NCBI GenBank assembly: GCA_030654965.1
Contig: JAURWL010000086.1
Location: 102 to 64,101, forward strand
Source: Dehalococcoidales bacterium
GTDB taxonomy: Bacteria; Chloroflexota; Dehalococcoidia; Dehalococcoidales; Fen-1064
Reading direction: 5' to 3'
Length of the DNA: 64,000 nt
The notes beneath the pieces are model-generated. The model made no database searches, had not been told where the DNA came from, and worked only from the letters and a program-made list of their open reading frames with translations. Both the position numbers and the translations under genes were made by a program. This document shows positions 9,142 to 17,841 of the stretch, piece by piece. Position 1 is the stretch's first letter. Each line of letters begins with the position of its first letter.

Positions 9142-9837
9142 ATGACTGTCTGCATTGCTGCGTTATATGAAAATGGCAAAGGCTGTGTTTTGGCTTCAGA
9201 CCAAATGACGACAGCACATTTCCCGATTGGATATGAATTTGAGAATGAAGAAGTAAAGAAAATAATCAAGGTCAGAGAGACAAGTGTTGCATATCTGTTA
9301 ACAGCAGGTGATGTGTTTTTTGCCAACGAAGTATTAGAGGCTGTAAGGAAAGATGTGGATGCAAAAGGCATTACAGCTACTCCTATAATAGCAGAGTTGT
9401 TTAGAGCGCATTACCAGAATGTACGTAAACAACATATTATTCGGACTGAATTGGAACCAAGAGGGTTGACTCTTGAATCATTTTATCAGGGTCATCAACG
9501 CCTTGTTCTACAGGTTGTGCAGCTTATCGACAACGCTCTTAGAACAGGCAACCCGCGAACTGAATTGATAGTTGCTGGCTTTGGCGAATCATGTTGCAGT
9601 GTATATAGTATTATAAACCCCGGCGATTTGTTCTGCCATGATGCCATAGGGTTTGCAGCAGTTGGTTCAGGTGCCCCTCATGCCGTATATTCCTTGATTG
9701 AATCTGGATATAAGAAATCAATGGATGCCAAGACCGTTTATGAGCTTGTTGAGAAAGCGAAACATCGAAGTGAGGTAGCCCCAGGGGTCGGTAGGGGAAC
9801 AGAAATAATCAGTGTACCAGAGGTGAAACATGTATGA
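9142..9837 (+). CDS. proteasome beta-subunit-like (Ntn, T1 family) threonine protease homologue, 231 aa
   Basis: N-terminus MT-VCIAALYENGKGCVLASDQMTT (Thr directly after Met, G-x-VLASD like the beta-subunit GVVLAADxR). A Lys in VKKIIKV lies at about position 33-40. AVGSGAPHAVYSL matches the GSG motif. Confidence 0.65.
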   Translation: MTVCIAALYENGKGCVLASDQMTTAHFPIGYEFENEEVKKIIKVRETSVAYLLTAGDVFFANEVLEAVRKDVDAKGITATPIIAELFRAHYQNVRKQHIIRTELEPRGLTLESFYQGHQRLVLQVVQLIDNALRTGNPRTELIVAGFGESCCSVYSIINPGDLFCHDAIGFAAVGSGAPHAVYSLIESGYKKSMDAKTVYELVEKAKHRSEVAPGVGRGTEIISVPEVKHV

Positions 9838-10021
9838 GGTTTCTGACATTCAAGATTATAAGAAGAAATGGCTTGAAGCTGAACGTGACTTAGCAATGAA
9901 TTGGGTAGAAACTATATTTACTCCTCTCAATTGTGAACCCATGGACAATATAGATGAGGACACAGAACCAATCAGTAAGGTGCCCCAAGCGTCAAGAATA
10001 CTAGAAGGGGAGCATCGTTAA
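9830..10021 (+). CDS. small acidic hypothetical protein (63 aa), translationally coupled to the proteasome-like gene
   Basis: Its ATG overlaps the upstream stop by 8 nt (CATGTATGA). It lies in the same AT-rich islet. I recognise no domain. Confidence 0.4.
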   Translation: MYEVSDIQDYKKKWLEAERDLAMNWVETIFTPLNCEPMDNIDEDTEPISKVPQASRILEGEHR

Positions 10022-10384
10022 ATTATTTTAATCCCTTACCTATTCGGATTTCGTATTCCAAAATGTAGGTTCAATCCCTAGCTCGTAGATTGACTGAATC
10101 AGAACGCAGATATTATGGCACAACACTTTACAAAGCTACTAAACCGCAAAGCCGATAAAATATGTGTCTTTCGGATGTGACTTTCTGGTCAACTCACTGA
10201 CTTTACGGTCAAGTGCCACTTTTAAGGCAAAGCCCTTTTTGGCTGGAAGGGGACAAAAGATCAAGAACCAGTGGAAAAGCTTGTCCTGGTTCCACTGAGT
10301 CACCACCTGTTCACTCTGACGCCGAATCGGAACGAGTGGCGAGGGTCGGTGGCGAGCCACGAAGTGAGTTTATCGAAGGGAAAG

Positions 10385-12463
10385 TTAGGCTTTTTCTTTC
10401 TCCTTTTCCTTTTCCGCCTGCCGCGCCTGAATTATTTTCTGGGTGACCATCGGCGGGACTTCCTGATAGTGACTGAATTCAATCGAATACGTGCCTTTGC
10501 CCTGGGTGATTGATTTCAGACTGATGGCGTAGCGTTGCACTTCCGCGAGTGGCACCCGTGCCTCAATCTCATTTGTACCGCTGGATGGATTCATGCCCAG
10601 CACCTGTCCGCGCTTGGTATTGAGGTCGCTGATAATATCTCCGGTATATGTGTCGGGGGCGGTAACTTTTATCTTTACAATCGGCTCTAGCAATACCGGA
10701 TTACCCTGCAGAAGCCCTTTCTTCACGGCGCCGGCGCCGGCAATTTTAAAGCAGATTTCTGATGAATCCACCGGGTGGAAACTGCCGTCATAAACCGTCA
10801 CCTTGACGTCCTCGACAGGATAGCCTGCCAGGACACCTTCCTGCACGGCTTCATGGACACCCTTCTCCACGGCGGGGATATAGTTCTTGGGAATAGAACC
10901 CCCGACGACGTGTTCCTCGAACTGGACACCGGAGCCACGTGGTAACGGTTCCAGCTCCAGCAGGACATGTCCGTACTGTCCGTGCCCACCTGTCTGCTTT
11001 TTATGTTTATACTCTGCATTAGCGGTAACAGTAATAGTTTCCCGGAACGGTACTTTAGGCGTGGTGAGGTCGACATTAACCCCGAACTTACGTGCCATCT
11101 TCTCTGCGGCAACATCGAGCTGAATCTCGCCCAGCCCGGAAATTATGGTTTCATTCGTGGATGCTTCGCGATGCATCTTGAGAGTCGGGTCTTCTTCTGC
11201 AATCTTCGCCAGTGATGACCCCAACTTATCCAGGTCGGTCTTGGTCTTGGGATAGACCGCTTCGCTGAATCTCGGTTCGGGGAAGACAACCGGCACCAGT
11301 TTTACCGGTTTGTCCCTTGCTCCCAGTGTGTCTCCTGTGCCCGTGACATTTAACTTGGCGACCGCGCCAATATCACCCGCGGCAACTTCCGGCACAGGCT
11401 CCTGGCTCTTGCCCCTGAGGAGGAAAAGTTGACCGATTCGTTCTTGCTCATCACGGGTGACGTTCCAGACATGGGAGTTGCTGGTGATGGTGCCGTTATA
11501 GACACGGAAATAAGTCAGTCTACCCACGTAGGGGTCGGCGCTTGTTTTGAAGACCAGCGCGGCAAGAGGTGCGCCGGCATCCGGCGGCGATTGTGCCGGT
11601 TTATTCCCTTCGCCAATCACGAGAACATCCCGCTCCTTGGGTGATGGCAGGTAGTTAACAATAGCATCCATCAGAGGTGATACCGCAACATTCTGAAGCC
11701 CGGAACCCGCCAGAATAGGCACCAGCTTACCGGTGAGTACCCCCTGACGCAATCCGCTAATCAATTCCTCTGAGGTCAGTTCCTCTCCACCGAGATATTT
11801 CTCCAATAGAGCGTCATCAGCTTCGGCGATAGCTTCGATGAGTTGATGACGGAGTTCATCCGCCTGAGCTTTCAATGGCGCGGGGATTTCACCTTCCTGA
11901 GAAGCTGTGCCCGTATATGCCTTCATCTTCAGCAGGTCAATAATTCCCTGAAAACCGGTGTGCGCGCCGATGGGTAGTTGCAGTGGAATGCATTTGCGTC
12001 CTAATGACGTTTGAATCTGCCCAACAACCTTTATGAAATCGGCGTTTTCACGGTCCATCCGGTTCACATAGATGAGCCGTGACAGGCTGGCATCCTCACA
12101 GTATCTCCACACCTGCTCCGTGCCAACCTCGACTCCGGATACGGCGCAGATGACCACCACGGCGCCATCGCTGACCCTGATAGCCGACTTGACCTCCCCA
12201 ACAAAATCGGGATAGCCCGGTGTGTCCATCAGATTGATTTTATTCCCCTGCCAGATATAGGGCAGAAGGCTGAGACTGATGCTCATGCCACGCTTCTGCT
12301 CGGCGGGGTCATAGTCGGATGTGGTCGCCCCTTCACTCACCTTGCCCAGCCGGTTGATGACCTTAGCAGTGAAAAGAATCGCCTCGGATAAGGATGTCTT
12401 CCCAGCCCCGTTGTGCGCTAAGAGGGCAAGATTCCGGGTGTTTTTAAGTCCGTACTGCGCCAT
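10385..12463 (-). CDS. fusA: elongation factor G (paralogue)
   Basis: G1 AHNGAGKTS, G3 DTPGYPDF, full five-domain length (692 aa), short (EK)n C-terminal tail. Confidence 0.9.
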   Translation of the reverse strand: MAQYGLKNTRNLALLAHNGAGKTSLSEAILFTAKVINRLGKVSEGATTSDYDPAEQKRGMSISLSLLPYIWQGNKINLMDTPGYPDFVGEVKSAIRVSDGAVVVICAVSGVEVGTEQVWRYCEDASLSRLIYVNRMDRENADFIKVVGQIQTSLGRKCIPLQLPIGAHTGFQGIIDLLKMKAYTGTASQEGEIPAPLKAQADELRHQLIEAIAEADDALLEKYLGGEELTSEELISGLRQGVLTGKLVPILAGSGLQNVAVSPLMDAIVNYLPSPKERDVLVIGEGNKPAQSPPDAGAPLAALVFKTSADPYVGRLTYFRVYNGTITSNSHVWNVTRDEQERIGQLFLLRGKSQEPVPEVAAGDIGAVAKLNVTGTGDTLGARDKPVKLVPVVFPEPRFSEAVYPKTKTDLDKLGSSLAKIAEEDPTLKMHREASTNETIISGLGEIQLDVAAEKMARKFGVNVDLTTPKVPFRETITVTANAEYKHKKQTGGHGQYGHVLLELEPLPRGSGVQFEEHVVGGSIPKNYIPAVEKGVHEAVQEGVLAGYPVEDVKVTVYDGSFHPVDSSEICFKIAGAGAVKKGLLQGNPVLLEPIVKIKVTAPDTYTGDIISDLNTKRGQVLGMNPSSGTNEIEARVPLAEVQRYAISLKSITQGKGTYSIEFSHYQEVPPMVTQKIIQARQAEKEKEKEKA

Positions 12464-12631
12464 AGAATCACCTGTCCTCTACCAAGTTCATTGTGATAAC
12501 CCCAATCATTATAAATCGGTACGCAGCAATACGGCAAGCAGAAGTTATCCTGCGATGCTAAAGACAATACTTTGACTGATGCCCTATCACTATTGAATAA
12601 GCGTACCGGTCAGTGATGTGTGGTTTGTCTC

Positions 12632-13180
12632 TTACTTAGCGCCGAATTTTTCGTTGAAGACAATCTCCGTCAGCTCTTTGCGCGGCGTTACTCTGGCTTC
12701 CCCATCCGGATAGCCCAGCGGCGTCATTTCAACCACGGCAAACCCTTCCGGCACACCGAGAATAGCCTCTACTTTCCGCTGGTCAAAAAAGCCCACATGT
12801 ACTGTTCCCAGACCCAGAGCATGTGCCGCCAGCACCAGATTTTCCATTGCCAGACCGGCATCAAACATAAACCAATCGCCTCTGACAGTGCTCGCTTCAC
12901 CACGGTAGAAACCCGATTTTTTCAATTCAGTGCAGACTACGATAACGATAGGAGCGGTCTTGATGGCGTTGGTGGCGGGATTGTTTGTACTCAAAGCACC
13001 GGCAAGTTCTGCCTTGATACTATCACTACGCACGATAATAAACCGCCAGCACTGTGTGTTTGCCCACGAAGGCGACCAGCGCGCCGCCTCCAGCACCTGC
13101 GCCAGTATATTGTCATCAACCGGGGTTGTCTTGTATCTGCGGATACTTCTCCTTGTTTTAATGGCTTCCAGAGTGTCCAT
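12632..13180 (-). CDS. nitroreductase family protein
   Basis: MDTLEAIKTRRSIRRYK... N-terminus and a 182-aa length typical of the NfnB/NADH-oxidase fold. Confidence 0.85.
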   Translation of the reverse strand: MDTLEAIKTRRSIRRYKTTPVDDNILAQVLEAARWSPSWANTQCWRFIIVRSDSIKAELAGALSTNNPATNAIKTAPIVIVVCTELKKSGFYRGEASTVRGDWFMFDAGLAMENLVLAAHALGLGTVHVGFFDQRKVEAILGVPEGFAVVEMTPLGYPDGEARVTPRKELTEIVFNEKFGAK

Positions 13181-13291
13181 ATCTTCCTCCTGTATTCAAC
13201 GCAAACCTGTACCATTTTCTCAGAACTGGCTGATTATTTCAACCCGCAGTCGGGGTTGGGCTGGATTACGGTTCTGTTCAATTGAGGTTGG

Positions 13292-13585
13292 TTATTTAAT
13301 AAGTAGATAAATCTGAATGCCTGCAAATATCAACATGACGATGGTAAGCCCTATTAATATCTTCGAATACAATTCCGTTGACTTATTAAGTCTCATAATC
13401 GATTTATTGAGAACTTTATTCGAGTCCAATAGACGTCTTGTTAATTCAGGGCTTAGGTCTTGGGCACTTGTACCTCTAGGACCCTGGGAAAAATTGAGAG
13501 TTCTCCTTACCAATTCATCATCTGACAAATTTTCGAACATCCTTATCTCCTTATTACCTTTTGAGGGAATTATACTACTAACCAT
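13292..13585 (-). CDS. hypothetical C-terminally membrane-anchored protein
   Basis: The ORF lies in an AT-rich patch with a C-terminal hydrophobic helix (ILIGLTIVMLIFAGIQIYLLI). The start could be the internal MFENL. Confidence 0.35.
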   Translation of the reverse strand: MVSSIIPSKGNKEIRMFENLSDDELVRRTLNFSQGPRGTSAQDLSPELTRRLLDSNKVLNKSIMRLNKSTELYSKILIGLTIVMLIFAGIQIYLLIK

Positions 13586-13615
13586 GAATGAACAATAGGC
13601 TGGTTTTTACAGACA

Positions 13616-13644
13616 TTGACAATTTGGCATTTATCCAATAGTAT
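13616..13644 (+). promoter_or_regulatory. putative promoter of the SOD operon
   Basis: TTGACA (13616-13621), 17 nt, TAGTAT (13639-13644), about 150 nt upstream of the SOD ATG. Confidence 0.4.
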
Positions 13645-13796
13645 CGTAATGTATTTACGCCTCCTCCTCTTTCCATTTTCCATTAACGAACCCACAGAAT
13701 TGCTATCTCACCCGATTTTAAAGAGATAAAAGTTACAGCCTGTCTGTCCCGTCAGAAGGTAAACTAGGGAAAGTTATTGCATAAGGAGGAGCACCA

Positions 13797-14375
13797 ATGG
13801 CTTATCAGGCAAGGGACTATAATTCACTTATCGGCACGCCCGGGCTCAGCGAAACTCTGCTGAAAAACCATTTCACTCTTTATCAGGGCTATGTCACAAA
13901 CACGAATAAAGTCGCCGATATCCTCGCCGCCATGCTCAAGGAAGGCAAAACCGCCACACCCGAATATGCGGAATTGAAGCGGCGGATGGGCTTCGAGTTC
14001 AACGGTATGCGTCTTCACGAGTACTACTTCGAAAATCTCGGGGGAAAAGTGCCGCTGGACAAAGCCGGTAAATTCACAAAAAAAGTGGCAGAAGCATTCG
14101 GTAGTTATGAAGCCTGGGAGCAGGACTTCCGAGCCACAGGCGCGATGCGGGGCATCGGTTGGGTGGTTCTCTATCAGGACAATGTCACCGGCGGACTTTT
14201 CAACCAGTGGATTAACGAACACGAGACCGGGCATTTCGCCGGGTGCGCTCCCATACTGGTGATGGACGTCTTTGAGCATGCCTTTATGGTGGACTATGGT
14301 CTGAAACGCGCCGATTACATTGCCACCTTCTTTAAAAACATCAACTGGGATGCTGTAGAGAAACGAATTAAATAA
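13797..14375 (+). CDS. Fe/Mn-family superoxide dismutase (divergent type)
   Basis: The four metal-ligand positions are recognisable (NHF..., NGMRLHEYYF, DVFEHAF). 192 aa with a strong AAGGAGG RBS. Confidence 0.8.
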   Translation: MAYQARDYNSLIGTPGLSETLLKNHFTLYQGYVTNTNKVADILAAMLKEGKTATPEYAELKRRMGFEFNGMRLHEYYFENLGGKVPLDKAGKFTKKVAEAFGSYEAWEQDFRATGAMRGIGWVVLYQDNVTGGLFNQWINEHETGHFAGCAPILVMDVFEHAFMVDYGLKRADYIATFFKNINWDAVEKRIK

Positions 14376-14421
14376 TCTCTTTCCACGTAGATTATCACCG
14401 TAATCGAAGGGAGGGGTAGCT

Positions 14422-14775
14422 ATGGCAGATTTTGTTACAGTTGGCACGGTAAATGACCTTGCTCCCGGCACAATGAAGGAAGTCACTGTGGAGGGAGTAC
14501 CCGTTCTCCTTGCTAAAATCGGAGATAAGTTTTATGCCACACAGGGACGGTGTCCCCACATGGGTGGGATTCTGGCAAAGGGCAAACTGGAAGGGGCGGT
14601 GGTTACCTGCCCCAGACACAAGTCGCAGTTTGCCCTGACAGATGGCAGGGTTATCCGTTGGATGAAGGGTTCCGGATTGGTGGCGGCAATCGGTAAGACA
14701 CTGAAATCACCACGTGGATTAAAAACTTACGAGTTAAAAATCGAAAACGGCAATATTCAGGTGAAAATAGAATAA
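14422..14775 (+). CDS. Rieske [2Fe-2S] domain protein
   Basis: CPHMGG ... CPRHKSQF (CxH...CxxH). Confidence 0.85.
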   Translation: MADFVTVGTVNDLAPGTMKEVTVEGVPVLLAKIGDKFYATQGRCPHMGGILAKGKLEGAVVTCPRHKSQFALTDGRVIRWMKGSGLVAAIGKTLKSPRGLKTYELKIENGNIQVKIE

Positions 14776-14835
14776 CCTGCGGATTCAATGAGATAACAAA
14801 ATGCCAGGCGGGATTATCTATTGAACAGGGAGAAT

Positions 14836-15234
14836 ATGGAAATTGAACAGATTCTCAAGACATGTCATACCGTAGCAATGGTAGGCGCATCGCCCAATCC
14901 GGACCGCATTAGTAACCAAGTGTTCAACTACCTTACAAAACATGGATATAAAGTAATTCCCGTTAATCCTACCGCCGCCGAGGTTTCCGGCGAGAAGTGT
15001 TACGCTTCTCTAAGCGCCATCCCCGAGAAAATCGATGTTGTCGATGTATTCCGGCGTTCGGAGGATTGCCTGTCCATCGTAGAAGAAGCCATTAAAATCG
15101 GGGCAAAGGCTGTCTGGATGCAGGAAGGAGTGGTCAATGGTGAAGCGGAAGCTAGAGCTCTGACAGCCGGCTTGAAGGTCGTTATGGACCATTGCATTAT
15201 GAAGGAACACAAGCGTCTGGCAGGACAGGCATAG
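14836..15234 (+). CDS. CoA-binding domain protein (YccU/YneT-like)
   Basis: VAMVGASPNPDRISNQV...GYKVIPVNP...DVVDVFR pattern. The ATG at 14836 lies 5 nt after GGGAG and is preferred over the TTG at 14821. Confidence 0.8.
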   Translation: MEIEQILKTCHTVAMVGASPNPDRISNQVFNYLTKHGYKVIPVNPTAAEVSGEKCYASLSAIPEKIDVVDVFRRSEDCLSIVEEAIKIGAKAVWMQEGVVNGEAEARALTAGLKVVMDHCIMKEHKRLAGQA

Positions 15235-15244
15235 GAGGAGACAA

Positions 15245-15571
15245 ATGGAAACTTTTCGCGGTAAAGGGCATCTACCCGGCACGGATAGTGAACGCGATAT
15301 TGAAGTAGAGATTGACTGGAAAACAAAAGAGGTTAGCATACACATTGAAGGAGTAGCGGAAGGCGTAGCAGATTGGCCCGGACTGGTACCACAGACCTTC
15401 GGGCCGATGGATGAAGTTGTCTTCCGCACCAAGGGTATACCACGCCTTTTCACCCACTGGTGGCATTTCGTGCGGAGCGGGAGCGGGGGTTTGTGGGGAA
15501 TGGTTCTCGGTCTACCGGACAAAGATGGCGTCTGGCGGACGTGTACTCTACAACTGCAGAAGTTAGATTAA
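15245..15571 (+). CDS. hypothetical protein (108 aa)
   Basis: The ORF starts 10 nt after the previous stop with a GGAGGAG RBS. I recognise no domain. Confidence 0.5.
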   Translation: METFRGKGHLPGTDSERDIEVEIDWKTKEVSIHIEGVAEGVADWPGLVPQTFGPMDEVVFRTKGIPRLFTHWWHFVRSGSGGLWGMVLGLPDKDGVWRTCTLQLQKLD

Positions 15572-15601
15572 ACATTGGCAACATGTAAGTAAACATTATA
15601 T

Positions 15602-15633
15602 GGGCGAGGTGGCAAGTGCCTCGCCCGTTTTTA
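15602..15633 (+). terminator. rho-independent terminator
   Basis: GGGCGAGG-tggcaagtg-CCTCGCCC followed by GTTTTTAT. Confidence 0.8.
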
Positions 15634-15838
15634 TATATGTGCCCGAATCCCCGTAGTTTAGAGCTTGAATATTAGATTCCCACTCCCGTATCTTGTACGG
15701 GACAAGCTTTGTGGGAACAAGATTTAGAGTTTTCTATCATGTTTTGTTTGCATTCACTCAATGAAAGTAGTATCCTCTTACTGAAAATCCCCTAATTTTA
15801 GCCTGAGTTGTAGATGTTCTTAAATAAGGAGTCTGGAC

Positions 15839-17395
15839 ATGGTCTGGCAACCGGAGATTGATGAACTGAAACGACGTCAGCAACTTGCGGAACAGATGGG
15901 TGGCCCGGAGAGTGTTCAGCGACAGCATGAACGCGGTAAACTGACCGTCCGCGAACGAATTGCCAAACTGACTGACCCTGGCTCCTTTCAGGAGATTGGC
16001 AAGTTGGCAGGAGCCGCCACTTATGAAGGTGAGAAACTGGTATCCTTCCGTCCGGCTAACTGTGTGATGGGCATCGGCACGATTGATAGCCGGAAAATAA
16101 TCCTCTCCGGTGGTGATTTTACGGTGCGGGGTGGTGCAGCGGATGCTGCCATCGGTAATAAAAATGCTTTCGGACTGAAGATGGCACTGAATTGGCGTCT
16201 GCCCTTTGTCCGTCTACTGGATGCCACCGGCGGTAGTGTTCGCACCTTTGAACAAATTGGACGCACATATATCCCGGATGCCAATGAACAGTGTGCCTTG
16301 AACGGAAAGCTTCTTAGTATCGCGCCTGTGGTGTCCGCCGTTCTCGGCTCGGTGGCGGGACTGCCGGCAGTTGAAGCTTGTTTGGCGCACTGGAACGTGA
16401 TGGTTAAAGGTATCAGTCAGGTCTTTCCAGGTGGTCCGCCTGTGGTCAAGGCGGCGCTAGGCTATGATATTACCAAAGAGGAGCTAGGCGACGAGCGCAC
16501 CCAGGTTTTCCAGAGCGGGGTTATTGATAACCTGGCAAACACGGAAGAAGAGGCTTTCGAGATGATAAGGAAATTCCTTAGCTATCTACCTTCCAATGTC
16601 TACGAAATGCCGCCACGTGTTGAGCCGAAAGACAAACCCGACCGCCGTGAGGAGAAATTGCTGTCGGTAATCCCACGCAACCGCAGGAAAGGCTACAATC
16701 CCTATCAGATATTGAAATTGGTTGTGGACAAAGACTCCTTCTTTGAGATTGCCCCGTTCTACGGACGGTCACGTGTCACTGGTTTTGCACGGGTCAATGG
16801 CTATCCGGTCGGGTTGATGATTAACAATCCCATGTTTCTCGGCGGTTCAATGGATATCGCCGCAGGCAACAAAGTTACCCGCTTCCTCCAACTGTGCAAT
16901 ACATTCCACTTGCCGATGGTCTACTTTGCAGATGAGCCGGGGTTCATGGTCGGTACCGATGCCCAGAAACAGGGTATTGTACGGGCAGGTGCAAAAATTG
17001 TACTCGCCACGTGTAACACACAGATGCCATGGATTACCTTCATCATCCGTCAGCTATTCGGTGTCGCCGGGCAAAATCATAACCGTCCCGGTGGTATGTA
17101 CCGCCGCATCGCCTGGCCTTCTGGTTACTGGGGTTCAATGCATATTGAGGGTGGCGTGAGCGCCGCTTATCGCCGGGAGATTGATTCCGCGCCCGACCCC
17201 GAAGCGAAGCGTCAGGAAATTGAGCGTAAACTCAATGCGATTTCCTCGCCTTTCCGCACCGCTGAAGCCTTTAATATCGAAGAAATTATCGACCCGCGGG
17301 ATACCCGTCCCGTCCTGTGCGATTTTATTGAGATGGCGCAGGCAGAAATAAGAACCCATCTCGGACCGACACCCGGTCCCAGTTTCTGGCCATAG
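15839..17395 (+). CDS. acyl-CoA carboxylase carboxyltransferase subunit (PccB/MmdA-like)
   Basis: 518 aa with the two crotonase-like CT halves. N-terminal ...RQHERGKLTVRERI... is typical of the family. Confidence 0.85.
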   Translation: MVWQPEIDELKRRQQLAEQMGGPESVQRQHERGKLTVRERIAKLTDPGSFQEIGKLAGAATYEGEKLVSFRPANCVMGIGTIDSRKIILSGGDFTVRGGAADAAIGNKNAFGLKMALNWRLPFVRLLDATGGSVRTFEQIGRTYIPDANEQCALNGKLLSIAPVVSAVLGSVAGLPAVEACLAHWNVMVKGISQVFPGGPPVVKAALGYDITKEELGDERTQVFQSGVIDNLANTEEEAFEMIRKFLSYLPSNVYEMPPRVEPKDKPDRREEKLLSVIPRNRRKGYNPYQILKLVVDKDSFFEIAPFYGRSRVTGFARVNGYPVGLMINNPMFLGGSMDIAAGNKVTRFLQLCNTFHLPMVYFADEPGFMVGTDAQKQGIVRAGAKIVLATCNTQMPWITFIIRQLFGVAGQNHNRPGGMYRRIAWPSGYWGSMHIEGGVSAAYRREIDSAPDPEAKRQEIERKLNAISSPFRTAEAFNIEEIIDPRDTRPVLCDFIEMAQAEIRTHLGPTPGPSFWP

Positions 17396-17454
17396 ATACA
17401 ATTTTAGATGCCAAATCGTGTGATAATCGTATTAGAAATTAGAAGGAGTAATTA

Positions 17455-17742
17455 ATGGTTATTCTAATGGCAACCCTGAAAGCAAACGAAGGTAAAGGCG
17501 ATGCGGTAGCGGAGGAATTCAAAAAGTTAGTACCTAAGGTATTGAAAGACCCCGGCACACTCGGTTATCTGGTCTGCCGTGCGGTTGACGACCCAAATAA
17601 ATTCGTTGTTGTCGAGCAATATGAAAGCCGGGAAGCACTTGGGGTTCACGGGCAGGCGGAACACTTCAAGGCATTCAATGCCGCGACACGCGGCATGTTC
17701 GCGGGACGGGCGGAAGTTCAGTTCTGGAATAAAGTAGCATAG
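17455..17742 (+). CDS. antibiotic-biosynthesis-monooxygenase (ABM/Dabb) domain protein
   Basis: 95 aa; ...FVVVEQYESREALGVHGQAEHFKAF... is the hallmark ABM segment. Confidence 0.8.
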   Translation: MVILMATLKANEGKGDAVAEEFKKLVPKVLKDPGTLGYLVCRAVDDPNKFVVVEQYESREALGVHGQAEHFKAFNAATRGMFAGRAEVQFWNKVA

Positions 17743-17777
17743 CGCCGTCTTTAATATGTAATAACTTGATGCGCAAC

Positions 17778-17824
17778 GCTGTCATTGCAGGGAATCCTGG
17801 TTTTATCAGGCTCGCAATGACAGC
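17778..17824. repeat. extragenic palindromic element (11-bp arms)
   Basis: GCTGTCATTGC (17778-17788) and GCAATGACAGC (17814-17824), with an inner CCTG/CAGG stem. It contains the GTCATTGCGAGC-type motif on the minus strand. Confidence 0.6.
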
Positions 17825-17841
17825 CTCGCTATTTAAGAATC

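Noticed and set aside
10065-10095. Possible tRNA gene (GGTTCAATCCCTAGCTCGTA resembles a T-arm plus 3' acceptor)
   Set aside because: I could not find a matching 5' acceptor strand, D-arm or anticodon arm in the preceding ~70 nt on either strand, and the T-stem has only 4 clean pairs. At most it is a tRNA 3'-end remnant, and I mention it only as weak boundary evidence for the islet.
10139-10384. Short ORFs (73-80 aa) between the islet and the EF-G gene as possible genes or transposase remnants
   Set aside because: The translations are low-complexity with no recognisable motif or RBS, and the ORFs overlap one another on both strands. I consider the region non-coding.
12620-13285. 221-aa plus-strand ORF
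   Set aside because: It is entirely antisense to the well-supported nitroreductase gene and is a typical shadow ORF. The same reasoning applies to 13824-14486(-) opposite SOD, 6416-7057(-) inside copA and 15010-15522(-). It also applies to 31502-32302(+) opposite the radical SAM gene, 35395-35928(+), 43638-44183(-), 52724-53461(+) and 57082-57474(-).
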